64,000 nt of DNA, from assembly GCA_965208675.1 (NCBI GenBank), contig OZ242351.1, positions 608,001 to 672,000 of the forward strand, in the 5' to 3' direction. Shown one piece after another: positions 47,815-57,340 of this stretch. A program made the position numbers and the translations under genes. The DNA comes from Candidatus Poribacteria bacterium. GTDB taxonomy: Bacteria; Poribacteria; WGA-4E; PCPOR2b. The first letter of the stretch is position 1; every line of letters starts with the position of its first letter. The notes under the pieces are model-generated. The model worked only from the letters and a program-made list of their open reading frames with translations. It did no database searches and was not told where the DNA came from.

Positions 47815-48864
47815 TTGAAGTATTTGTCTGCTTCCCAGCTACAAGAGATTGGCACAAGGATTTTGGATGCAGCCGGTTCGCCGCATGAAGAATCCGTTAT
47901 CGTAAGCAAAGCGCTTGTCCGCTCAAACTTAATGGGGCACGATTCTCACGGCGTCTTGCGTATCGCACAGTACGTCGGGGATATTCGGAACGGCGAGATT
48001 TTACCGGGGGCGCCGATTGAAATTGAGCGAGAAATGGACGCTTCTGCCGTGATAAACGGCAACTCCGGGTGGGGCATGGTGATTGCCCAGAAGGCGATGC
48101 AGCTTGCGATTGACAAGGCGCGCAGGTGTTCGATTGGTACGGTGGTTGTGCGCGGAAGCCATCACGTGGGCCGCGTGGGAGAGTATCCCACAATGGCGGC
48201 TGCGGCACAGATGATTGGTATGGCTGCCATCAACTCTTACGGTACCCCCGGTATGATGGCGCCGTGGGGAGGAATCGATCGGCGGCTCTCCCCAAATCCT
48301 CTAGCATTCGCTATGCCGAGCGGGGAAACGTGGCCCGTGCTTGTAGATGTAACTACATCGGTTGTGCCGGAAGGCAAAGTTCGCGCCGCCCAATACGCGG
48401 GCGAATCCTTGCCGGAAGGGTGTATCATTGATTCCGAGGGAAATCCAACTACAGATCCTAACGCTTTCTACGGTCCTCCGACTGGCGCAATCTTACCTCT
48501 CGGCGGCGTCATGGGATACAAAGGCTACGGGTTAGGCATCGTCGCCACCTTGCTGGCAGGCGCATTGTCAGGTGTAGGTTGTAATGGTCCCGAGGCGCCA
48601 ATGAAGGGCAATGGGATATTCTTTCAGGCAATTAACATCGAAGCCTTCCTCCCGCTAGAAGAATTCATCCAAACGGTTCAAGGGCAAATCGAATGGATGA
48701 AGTCGTCTCGGCGGAGACATGGTGTGGATGAAATTCTTTTTCCCGGCGAGCCGGAGTTTCGGACGGCACAGCGCCGCGAAACGGAAGGCATTCCGGTTGA
48801 GGACAGCGTTTGGGAAGAAATGGTTGAAACAGCGGCAAGTCTAGGGCTGGATATAGAGGAATGA
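47815..48864 (+). CDS. Second Ldh_2 family oxidoreductase
   Basis: GHDSHG, HHVGR, PNPLAF, YKGYGL, PGEPE; TTG start after GGAGG. Confidence 0.92.
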   Translation: MKYLSASQLQEIGTRILDAAGSPHEESVIVSKALVRSNLMGHDSHGVLRIAQYVGDIRNGEILPGAPIEIEREMDASAVINGNSGWGMVIAQKAMQLAIDKARRCSIGTVVVRGSHHVGRVGEYPTMAAAAQMIGMAAINSYGTPGMMAPWGGIDRRLSPNPLAFAMPSGETWPVLVDVTTSVVPEGKVRAAQYAGESLPEGCIIDSEGNPTTDPNAFYGPPTGAILPLGGVMGYKGYGLGIVATLLAGALSGVGCNGPEAPMKGNGIFFQAINIEAFLPLEEFIQTVQGQIEWMKSSRRRHGVDEILFPGEPEFRTAQRRETEGIPVEDSVWEEMVETAASLGLDIEE

Positions 48865-48939
48865 GGACAAGAACAAAAAATCCTCTCCCTTGGCAAGCTT
48901 ACTATTACCCACAAGTCCAGAAATTCGCACGGAGCCACG

Positions 48940-49052
48940 CTGTGGGAGGGAAATCCTTCTCCCGATTGTCGAGGCAGGGATGCCTCTCCTACAGTGAGAA
49001 CGCCCTGTCGGCTCCTTCCAATAATCATTCCCCTCCTTACTAAGGAGGGGAA
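48940..49052. repeat. Cluster of REP-like palindromes
   Basis: gtgggagggaaatccttctcccga, gaggcagggatgcctctcctac and cccctccttactaaggagggg; relatives occur at 52644-52757, about 63140 and about 63780. Confidence 0.8.
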
Positions 49053-49117
49053 TAAAAACAACCGCCCGGATGTTATTGCTCAGCCAACTTTACGGCGTAT
49101 GTACGAATTGCGTGCGC

Positions 49118-50875
49118 CTAGGATTCAACAACGGACGCCAACACCTCATTTAACAGCCCTTCGTTCTTCCGCTCCAATGCCAGCAATTCCTCGGCGATTT
49201 CATCAAGAGAACGAAGCGGCGTGTATTTGTAGAAATACCGATTAAAGTTTATTTCGTAGCCAACCTTGTCCTTTTTCCTGTCCAGCCAACTGTCCGGCAG
49301 GTGCGGCTTGACCTCCCGCTGGTAGTAGTCTTCGATGTCCTCACTGAGCGGCACCCGCTCATAGTCTCGCAGCTTAGAATCGGGTTTAGGATTGCCCTTC
49401 TTGTCTCTGACGACCACCTGTTTCTCCTCGCCTTGAATCTTGTTTTTCTCGACCAGCGGCCTCTCAACCGTGACTTTGGTGTAGCCGAAGAAATCGTTCT
49501 CGTAAATCTTGCAGTGTTCGTTCTCCTCAAAATTGGTGTAGAGCGCCGACAAACGACGGATATGGGCGTCAGAGATGAAAACGCTCTTGTCGCCCAAGTT
49601 TCGCTTCATCTTGTCGAAGAAACTCGCTCCGTTAATGAGTTGTATCATGCCGCGCCGTGCATTTGATTTTTGGTTCGTTAAGATCCAGATGTAGGTTGCG
49701 ATACTGGTGTTGAAAAACAGCTTATCGGGCAGCGCAACAATACACTCCAACCAGTCGTTTTCGATAATCCAGCGTCGAATCTCGCTCTCGCCGCTGCCGG
49801 CATCGCCCGTGAATAGCGGAGAACCGTTGAAGACGATGCCGATCCGGCTGCCGCGGAATTCCATCTTGGAAAGCATGTGCTGCAGAAAAAGCAACGCCCC
49901 GTCAGAGGTGCGCGGTGTACCAACAGCGAACCTGCCGCTCGGATTTTCGGCGTCCTCCTTAACTGTCCCCTCCTCGGACTTCCAACTGACGCCGAACGGC
50001 GGATTCGTAATCATATAGTCGAATCGCTGTGCTTGAAATTTGTCAGCCGATAGCGACGATCCGAGTCGGATTGAGTCCGGATCTTCTGCGGTAATCAGCA
50101 TGTCCGATTTGCAGATAGCGTAGGTCTGCGCATTCAGTTCTTGACCGAGCAGGCGAAGTTCGGCTGAGCGGTTGATATGTTCTAGGAAGTATTCCTTGCC
50201 GATGGTTAGCATGCCGCCCGTCCCGCAGCACGGGTCGAAGATGCTGCGGACAACGCCCTGTCCCTGCAGATTCTCGCGGTGTTCCGCGAACAGCAGCGAG
50301 ACGAGCAGCCTTACCACGTCCCGGGGCGTGTAGTGTTCCCCGCTAGTTTCGTTGGACATCTCCGAGAATCGGCGTAGCAGTTCCTCAAATACCTGACCCA
50401 TGATGTGGTTGTCCACTTTGTTGGGGTGCAAATCGACTTCGGTGAATTTGCTGCAGAAGATGAACAACCGATTGTTCCGGTCCAGCCGTTCAATGAACCG
50501 GTCTAGGTTGAAGTTTTCGATGATGTCCCGTACATCCGCACTGAATCCGTTCAGGTAATTCTGGAAGTTATGGCGTATGTTGGCAGGTTCATCTTTCAGC
50601 CGCGCCAGGTCGTATTGGGAGGTGTTGTAGAATTGGGTGCCAGTGGCTTTCAAAATAATCGGCGGCAACCTGTCTTCAGACACCTTGTCCTTGAATTGGT
50701 TGTAGGCGTCGATGGCTCTCTTTTTCCGGTCGCCCTCCTCCAAGATGCAGTCCAACCGCCGCAGCACGAGAAACGGCAGCGTCACATCGCCGTATTCGTG
50801 CGGCTTGAACAACCCGCGCAGCACATCGTCCGCGACATTCCAAACCAGATTAGCGAGTTCTTGATAGTTTGCCAT
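49118..50875 (-). CDS. hsdM: Type I restriction-modification methyltransferase subunit (m6A)
   Basis: GEHYTPRDVV, DPCCGTGG, NPPF, GYEINFNRYFY. Confidence 0.96.
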   Translation of the reverse strand: MANYQELANLVWNVADDVLRGLFKPHEYGDVTLPFLVLRRLDCILEEGDRKKRAIDAYNQFKDKVSEDRLPPIILKATGTQFYNTSQYDLARLKDEPANIRHNFQNYLNGFSADVRDIIENFNLDRFIERLDRNNRLFIFCSKFTEVDLHPNKVDNHIMGQVFEELLRRFSEMSNETSGEHYTPRDVVRLLVSLLFAEHRENLQGQGVVRSIFDPCCGTGGMLTIGKEYFLEHINRSAELRLLGQELNAQTYAICKSDMLITAEDPDSIRLGSSLSADKFQAQRFDYMITNPPFGVSWKSEEGTVKEDAENPSGRFAVGTPRTSDGALLFLQHMLSKMEFRGSRIGIVFNGSPLFTGDAGSGESEIRRWIIENDWLECIVALPDKLFFNTSIATYIWILTNQKSNARRGMIQLINGASFFDKMKRNLGDKSVFISDAHIRRLSALYTNFEENEHCKIYENDFFGYTKVTVERPLVEKNKIQGEEKQVVVRDKKGNPKPDSKLRDYERVPLSEDIEDYYQREVKPHLPDSWLDRKKDKVGYEINFNRYFYKYTPLRSLDEIAEELLALERKNEGLLNEVLASVVES

Positions 50876-51004
50876 ACTACTCCTATTTTTTTAGAGTGAA
50901 TTCTATTTCTCCTCATTGAAAAATCGGGGCTAGAGGAGGTGACTCAACTTTCGGAACCTTACTCTCAAGTTGGACGCGACAGGGAGTTCTCTGAGTCATA
51001 GGGC

Positions 51005-51034
51005 TTGACATCGCCATAAGGGATTTGTTATCCT
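51005..51034 (+). promoter_or_regulatory. Candidate promoter for the channel/GIY-YIG pair
   Basis: TTGACA, 18 bp spacer, TGnTATCCT. Confidence 0.45.
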
Positions 51035-51053
51035 TTGATATCCAAGCCTTAAG

Positions 51054-52085
51054 ATGATTACACCGTCAATTTATGCCGCATGGAATTGGAAAGAGGCTGA
51101 TTTGCCACGAATCACACAGAAATTTTCAAAGCACGGTCAACGATTGCTGGTCTACGTTGTAGAAAATGTCAGTATGTTCCAGTATATATCGGTATTCATC
51201 TCCGTCGTCATCGGCTTTGGTATACTATATACCATATTCACCCCAATGGGGCACGGCATTGGGGAAAATCTCAAGCCAATTTCTAATGTTACGTTTTTCA
51301 CGGGAATTTACTTTAGCGTCGTCACGATTTCTTCATTAGGCTATGGTCATATGCATCCAATGGGGATATCAAGGGCTTTTGCATGCATAGAGGTCCTATT
51401 TGGTCTTGCAGCAGTTGGCATCATGATTGCGAAATTAACATCGCAACGTCTTTCATACCATGTATCGCGTCTTTTTGGTTCAGACGCTCAAAAACGGCTT
51501 GAAGATTTCGCCGCAAATTTCGACACCTCTACGTTAAATCTTCATGAAATAATGCCGAAACTGATGGCCGCTTACCAGAACGAGCCCCAGCAAATCTCTC
51601 CACCGACCGAGATTAGGAGCGCATTAATTTCAGGTTTCCGTGAATTAATCAGCGCGTTTAAATCAGAATGTGTTAAATTGCATGACTATCTTGCTCGAGA
51701 AACCGAACAGGACAACTATTTCCAAATCGTGCCGGTTGATCCAGTCAAAAGAGTTGGCATCGCTGTGGGTGACGCATTCTTGAAGCTTGGTCAGCTCATC
51801 ACGAGTGTACCATCACAGTCCAGGTTTGAAATTTTCGATGACATCAACAGGCAAATGATATTTGAAGCGCTCAGCTCCCAAAAAAAGGTATGTGACTTAG
51901 TCGAAGAATATGCAACTGACGAAGCAACCCTAAGTAGGTTCCTTCGGGTTATGGAGACTTGTGAGACACTACCAACAAGCTACTTCGCAGTTCCAGAAGA
52001 ATCGCAACCCGACCAATCCTTTCAAGGTACTAATGAACCGCAGGAACCTCCAGAGGTGGACAATCAGCACACAGATTCTCCGTAG
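51054..52085 (+). CDS. 2TM K+-channel-pore (Ion_trans_2) protein with unknown helical C-terminal domain
   Basis: TM1, YFSVVTISSLGYGHMHP pore/filter, TM2 (EVLFG). Confidence 0.85.
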   Translation: MITPSIYAAWNWKEADLPRITQKFSKHGQRLLVYVVENVSMFQYISVFISVVIGFGILYTIFTPMGHGIGENLKPISNVTFFTGIYFSVVTISSLGYGHMHPMGISRAFACIEVLFGLAAVGIMIAKLTSQRLSYHVSRLFGSDAQKRLEDFAANFDTSTLNLHEIMPKLMAAYQNEPQQISPPTEIRSALISGFRELISAFKSECVKLHDYLARETEQDNYFQIVPVDPVKRVGIAVGDAFLKLGQLITSVPSQSRFEIFDDINRQMIFEALSSQKKVCDLVEEYATDEATLSRFLRVMETCETLPTSYFAVPEESQPDQSFQGTNEPQEPPEVDNQHTDSP

Positions 52086-52118
52086 TATTGAACTATCACG
52101 GCACGAAGGGGGATAAAA

Positions 52119-52472
52119 ATGCAACTCAATTGGAATAAGTGCCAGGGCAATGTGTGGTGCAAATTAAATGCGGTAAATCTAAACCACGAACATTTCAACA
52201 ATATGAATGGTGTCTATGTAATTTGGCATGGCGGTACAGATCCTAAAGTGGTATACGTTGGTCAGGGAAACATCAGAGAACGACTAACCGCACATAGGAG
52301 CGATAAAAGAATACAGCAGTTTGACTATCTAGATCTATATGTTACTTGGGCCGCGGTACCCAAAGAGAATCGCGGCGCCATCGAATTATACTTGGTTGAT
52401 ACCTGGTCACCAAAAGTCGGCGATCGACAACCAGAAGCAACTCCCATGCAAGTAAATTCGCCATGGTCATAA
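52119..52472 (+). CDS. Small stand-alone GIY-YIG-like nuclease-fold protein
   Basis: GVYVIW...VYVGQG.NIRERL..H...E. Confidence 0.7.
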   Translation: MQLNWNKCQGNVWCKLNAVNLNHEHFNNMNGVYVIWHGGTDPKVVYVGQGNIRERLTAHRSDKRIQQFDYLDLYVTWAAVPKENRGAIELYLVDTWSPKVGDRQPEATPMQVNSPWS

Positions 52473-52584
52473 TTGCGATCCCTGACTGACTAAGCCCTAC
52501 CAAAACCCGGACGGCGTTCCATTATCAAATCCGCACCGGATGATCGTCCACATACGCTTGCCTAACGACAGCGTGCGCCTAGTT

Positions 52585-53010
52585 AGTTGGGTTGAACGGG
52601 CTCGCGAAACCCAACGATCAACTACCCACTCGGCGAAGTATTGTCGGGAATCGGAATTCCCTCCTACAGGAGAAAAGCGGTAGGAGCGATCGCCGTATCG
52701 CGACACACTCCTGTCAATTGATTCACAATAATCGGGAAAAGGATTTCCCTCCCACAGGGTACATGTTCTGCGGCGTTTGTAGGTTGGGTCAAGCCAACGG
52801 TGAAACCCAACGCTTTTCTGTCGCCGAGAGGTTTGAAAAGCGTTGGGTTTCGCTTCACGCATTCAAGACTTGAACTCAATCGGCAAACTATGTGCGTGCT
52901 GCATAGATTACATGTTTCATGAACACCGCTCTACCCAACCTACAAGAGCTCCCAGTCGCCCAATAGTGCAGCTTACACCAGTAGGAGCGATCGCCGATTC
53001 GTGACACACA
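52585..53010. repeat. REP/REPIN (BIME-like) cluster
   Basis: gttgggttgaac..gaaacccaac; gtaggttggg..gaaacccaacgcttttc with inverted gaaaagcgttgggtttc..ctacccaacctac; two copies of gtaggagcgatcgccg. Confidence 0.85.
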
Positions 53011-53012
53011 CT

Positions 53013-55979
53013 TTACAAACCCGATGGTGCGGACGGATGGCGATAATCCTGATACAGCATATCCTTTAGGTCGGCATTGACCTCCTGCTTCGTCAGCTTG
53101 TTGTAAAGGTCAATTTTGGTACTGACAAATTCCAATAATATATCGTCAAACACTTGATTAAACTTGTATCGTCTGTTACTATCGGTGTTGTCACCCTCAA
53201 ACACCTGTCGGAGTGACTCGTCGGCGCGCACCTTTTGGCGGATAGTCTCAATGTCAACCTTGTCTTCCTCGGTAAAGTCCGTCTGATACGCGTCATTCAA
53301 TGTTTGGATGATGTTCGAGAGTAGGTCGTGTTCCGGGTCATTGGGCGTGGACTCATCGCCGCCGATACCGTTCACCTCGCTATCTCCTGGATCGAGATAC
53401 AGCGCTTGGCTATCATGAATCTTCTGCACGCGGAACGAATCCAAGTCCACGGATGCCAAGACATCGGACACATCTTCGTATTCTCGTTTCGGCAGTTTCT
53501 TGTTTAGACTGCGGCAGAAAACGTAGAGTTTCTCCAACGCCGGGTCGGTGAACGTAATTAACTGAGATATGTATCCGTAACCCCGAATGTAGCTCTGCAG
53601 CGCGGATCGAAAATCCTCACGCGCTTCGCTCTCCAACTCCGACCATCTCTTAACGACGCTGTCCAGAATGGGTTGCAGCCGTTCATTGGGCTGATTTTCG
53701 TCATAGAAAATAAGGCAAAATCCGTCAACCGTATCCAGGTCGAATAGATCGAAATCCTCCAGCCGCCGCTGCAGGTCATAAAGCCGATTCGGGTCGGTCT
53801 CCTCCTCAAGGATTGTCGCCTCATAGTATTGCTGAAACGCGCCCTGAATCTGGTCGGGTTCGTTCACGAAATCGAGCACCAGCGTCTCGGTCTTGCCGGG
53901 CGCGACGCGGTTCAGGCGGCTGAGGCTCTGGACGCATTGCAGCCCGTCCAACCGCTTATCGACGTACATGGTTTGCAGCATCGGCTCATCGAAACCGGTC
54001 AGGAACTTGTTGGATACGATGAGAATCCGATACTCCGGACGCTTGAATGTGTCCGCAATCGAAACGCTCGGCGCCAGGTTGTTCATGCCGTTCTCGGTGT
54101 AATCCCGCCCGATATCCGTGTCGTGTACCGTACCGCTGAACGCGACCAGACAGCCGTAATGCAGGTTCATATCCCGCATCTGGCGGTCAAATTCGGTCTT
54201 GTACCGCACGCAGTGCATGCGGGACGGCGTGATTAGCATCGCCCGCCCCTTCCCTGCAATAGTATTTGCGGTGCGCTCGACGAAGTGCTCTAGGATAATC
54301 CGCGCCTTGGTCTCAATGCTGTGCGGCTGCAGGTCAACGTAAGTCGTTAACATCCTGAGCGTTCGACCCTTCTCATAGGCTTTATCCTCTGGCACGCTCT
54401 TGACCAGTTGAAAGTACCGTTTAAAGGTGGTATAGTTCTGCAGCACGTCGAGCGTGAACCCTTCGCTGATGCTCTGGCGCATCGAATACACGTGGAACGG
54501 GACGAATTTTCCGGCGTCGTTTTTCCGCCCAAACAGCTCCAGGGTCTTGTTCTTGGGAGTGCCGCTGAACCCGAAATACGATATATGGTCCTGCGCCCGG
54601 CGCCGCTCCATCTCCTCGATAATTCGCGCATCCATGTCTGAAACGTCAGGTTGGTCTTCGTCCGATGCCGTGCTCTCGATCCCTTTTGATAGCGAGACTT
54701 TGAGGTTCTTTGCGGCTTCGCCGCTCTGCGAGGAGTGGACTTCGTCAACGATTACGGCGAAGGTCTTGCTCTTGAGTTCCCCGATTGCCTCTGCGATTAC
54801 GCTGAACTTCTGAATCGTCGAGATGATGATGTCTTTACCAGATTCAAGGAACGCCTTGAGCTGTGCCGAGGTTTTGTCAACAGAGTGCACGACGCCGGCG
54901 ACTTGCTCCATCTGCTTAATTGTCGCCTGAAGTTGCCGGTCGAGCACGCGCCGATCGGTCACGACGATGATGGAGTCGAAGATGCGATCGGTGTCCTCGG
55001 GCGAGCGGTACAGATGCGTGAGGAGGTGCGCCAGCCATGCAATCGAGTTCGACTTGCCGCTGCCGGTGGCGTGTTGGATGAGGTAGTTGCGCCCGACGCC
55101 GTCCGCAATGACCGCCTCCTTCAATTTCCGAATTACGTCGAGTTGGTGGTATCGCGGGAAAACCAACACTGAGCGTGGCTTATCTTTGACTTCGCCAAGG
55201 TCAGGGTCGTAGACCTTGTCTGTGACCTTTTGCTCATGAATAAAGTCGCCGATGAGTTCCATCAGGTTATCGGGCTGCAAGATGTCATCCCACAGGTAGG
55301 CGGTCTTGTGCCCGTCCGGGTTCACCGGGTTTTCGATGCCGCGGTTGTACGGAAAGAAGCGCGTGCCGCTGCCCTGTAGGCGCGTCGTCATGGAAACCTT
55401 CTCGTTACCCACCGCGAAGTGAACTAGACAGCGCCGGAATTTGAACAGCGGTTCTCTCGGATCCCGATCGGTGCGGTATTGTTTCTCGGCGTCCGCCACC
55501 ACCTGACCGGTCAGGCTGTTCTTCAGTTCCATGGTCACCAGCGGCAGACCGTTGAGGAACAGCACCATATCCAGCGAACTCTCATTTTTTTGCGAATACT
55601 TCAACTGCCGGATCAGAGAAAACCGGTTCTGCGCGTAGCGCTTCAGAAGGTCGGGGTTCATGCCGCTTGCCGGGCGGAAATAGGTCAGGTCGAAGTAGCA
55701 GCCCCTGTCTTTAACGCCGTTTCGCAGCACATCCAGGACGCCGCGGCGCTCAATCTGTCGACTTATTTCGTCGAGTAGCTTCTCGGGTGTCTCCTTCTGG
55801 TATTGGCGTTCAAGTTTCTCATACGTATTCAGTTGCGTGTCCCGAATAAAATCCAGCATCTCATCGTGAATCAAGCAGAGCCGCTTATTGTAAAAGATGG
55901 GCTGCCGCGAGCGGTAACCTGAGCGATTCAGGTGCGCTTCGATGTGGTCTTCAAAATTTGTCTCGTCATACGTCGGCAC
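53013..55979 (-). CDS. hsdR: Type I restriction enzyme subunit R
   Basis: DMVLFLNGLP...ELKN, HATGSGKS, DEVHSSQ, FSGTP, TGFDEP, QSLSRLNR. Confidence 0.96.
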   Translation of the reverse strand: MPTYDETNFEDHIEAHLNRSGYRSRQPIFYNKRLCLIHDEMLDFIRDTQLNTYEKLERQYQKETPEKLLDEISRQIERRGVLDVLRNGVKDRGCYFDLTYFRPASGMNPDLLKRYAQNRFSLIRQLKYSQKNESSLDMVLFLNGLPLVTMELKNSLTGQVVADAEKQYRTDRDPREPLFKFRRCLVHFAVGNEKVSMTTRLQGSGTRFFPYNRGIENPVNPDGHKTAYLWDDILQPDNLMELIGDFIHEQKVTDKVYDPDLGEVKDKPRSVLVFPRYHQLDVIRKLKEAVIADGVGRNYLIQHATGSGKSNSIAWLAHLLTHLYRSPEDTDRIFDSIIVVTDRRVLDRQLQATIKQMEQVAGVVHSVDKTSAQLKAFLESGKDIIISTIQKFSVIAEAIGELKSKTFAVIVDEVHSSQSGEAAKNLKVSLSKGIESTASDEDQPDVSDMDARIIEEMERRRAQDHISYFGFSGTPKNKTLELFGRKNDAGKFVPFHVYSMRQSISEGFTLDVLQNYTTFKRYFQLVKSVPEDKAYEKGRTLRMLTTYVDLQPHSIETKARIILEHFVERTANTIAGKGRAMLITPSRMHCVRYKTEFDRQMRDMNLHYGCLVAFSGTVHDTDIGRDYTENGMNNLAPSVSIADTFKRPEYRILIVSNKFLTGFDEPMLQTMYVDKRLDGLQCVQSLSRLNRVAPGKTETLVLDFVNEPDQIQGAFQQYYEATILEEETDPNRLYDLQRRLEDFDLFDLDTVDGFCLIFYDENQPNERLQPILDSVVKRWSELESEAREDFRSALQSYIRGYGYISQLITFTDPALEKLYVFCRSLNKKLPKREYEDVSDVLASVDLDSFRVQKIHDSQALYLDPGDSEVNGIGGDESTPNDPEHDLLSNIIQTLNDAYQTDFTEEDKVDIETIRQKVRADESLRQVFEGDNTDSNRRYKFNQVFDDILLEFVSTKIDLYNKLTKQEVNADLKDMLYQDYRHPSAPSGL

Positions 55980-55982
55980 GGT

Positions 55983-57299
55983 CTACACCTCGATTCGGAC
56001 ATCTATCTTGCCCGTCACGGCATTTGAGATGAGCGATTGGCGGTACTCTTTGAGGAGTTCAATGCTCCGTTGCTCTTCGGATATGAGTTTGTCAATCTGT
56101 GCGGTTTTGCGGTCGAGGTAGTCGGCGATTTTGGCCTGTTCACTTAGTGGTGGCAGGAGGATAGGTAAATTCTCTATGGCGGATTTTCCTAAACTAAATC
56201 TTGTAATACCCGTCGAATTGGATCCAAAATATCGACAAGTCTGATTCGATTGAATGAAACGAAACAAGAACTCTCCGTCAACGTCATTTTCTGGTCTTAT
56301 CACGCTCAAATGATACCCACATACAACATTTGTAAATTCTTCCTGAATAAAGGCTGGAACCCCAATATCATCAGGACTTTCAGAATCCTTCGTGATAACT
56401 ACATCTCCCTTTCTTAGCACTGACCGATTGTACTCATCTTGGCTACAACTCCCTTTCATAAAATTGATGCTCGAGTGGATTTTTTCAGCGTAGTATACAT
56501 CGGTGTAATTGCAAAGATCCACTTGGATTTCATCAGGGTTGACATGTTTATCGACGTAGCTTGCTACGATTTTAGAGGTATGCTTTAGCCTTTTTGCTCT
56601 CCAATGTTTCGGTGTCTCCCCAATCCACTCCACGCCCGACGGTTTCATTTCCACATTTGGGTCAAGCCCCTTCGTCACCGCCTGATTTATCAGTGTAGTT
56701 CGCTGTTCCTGCAGCAACGCTATCTTCCGCTCTTTGACGCGGATTAGCTCGTCAATCTGCCCAGTCTTGCGGTCGAGGAAGGCGGCGATTTGGATTTGTT
56801 CAGGAAGCGGTGGCGTCGGTAGTTTCAGGGCTTTGAATTGGATGAAATTTAGGGCTTCACGAATTTCCATCAATCCTGACGATATTTGAATTAGACTTTT
56901 TTGGAAGGGTCTAATTTTGAATACGTAATCAAAATAACTCATATCAATATCAGTTCTTTTTGGGGCAAGAACAATATAAATGCCGGACAAAGCCCCAAAT
57001 TGGTCTGACCTTCCTACTGACCCAATGGTGACATTCATATTGTTTACAACAATGTCGCCGGCATGAACAAGTTGATAGTTTTCAATGTTATCGGAAACCT
57101 TGTTACCGATATTTCCTTTATCTTCATAGCGAATGACCCCGCGGTCTTTTAGGACAGACAAGATGTTGTCACTAACGATGTTAGTGTTTTTTTCTCTTCT
57201 CCGAAAAAAAAGAGAGTCAATGCGGCTTAATCCCCAATCGCCAGGTATCATTCCAATCCACTCTATTCTACTCTCTTTGTGTGCCATGTAACACTTCAT
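55983..57299 (-). CDS. hsdS: Type I RM specificity subunit (two TRDs)
   Basis: Repeated EWIG.IP..W and PPL.EQ..IA..LDRKT.QID conserved regions; AVTGKIDVR C-terminus. Confidence 0.95.
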   Translation of the reverse strand: MKCYMAHKESRIEWIGMIPGDWGLSRIDSLFFRRREKNTNIVSDNILSVLKDRGVIRYEDKGNIGNKVSDNIENYQLVHAGDIVVNNMNVTIGSVGRSDQFGALSGIYIVLAPKRTDIDMSYFDYVFKIRPFQKSLIQISSGLMEIREALNFIQFKALKLPTPPLPEQIQIAAFLDRKTGQIDELIRVKERKIALLQEQRTTLINQAVTKGLDPNVEMKPSGVEWIGETPKHWRAKRLKHTSKIVASYVDKHVNPDEIQVDLCNYTDVYYAEKIHSSINFMKGSCSQDEYNRSVLRKGDVVITKDSESPDDIGVPAFIQEEFTNVVCGYHLSVIRPENDVDGEFLFRFIQSNQTCRYFGSNSTGITRFSLGKSAIENLPILLPPLSEQAKIADYLDRKTAQIDKLISEEQRSIELLKEYRQSLISNAVTGKIDVRIEV

Positions 57300-57340
57300 T
57301 ACTTCATTACCTCAATCTTCCGCCAATGTGTTAATGAGCC

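Noticed and set aside
52497-52879. ORFs of 71-121 aa over the REP cluster (also 63679-63945)
   Set aside because: Their shared peptide text derives from the non-coding repeat itself.
52585-53010. Repeat cluster as a CRISPR array
   Set aside because: The repeats are heterogeneous palindromes in both orientations, with no constant repeat-spacer period and no cas genes; they are REP-like.
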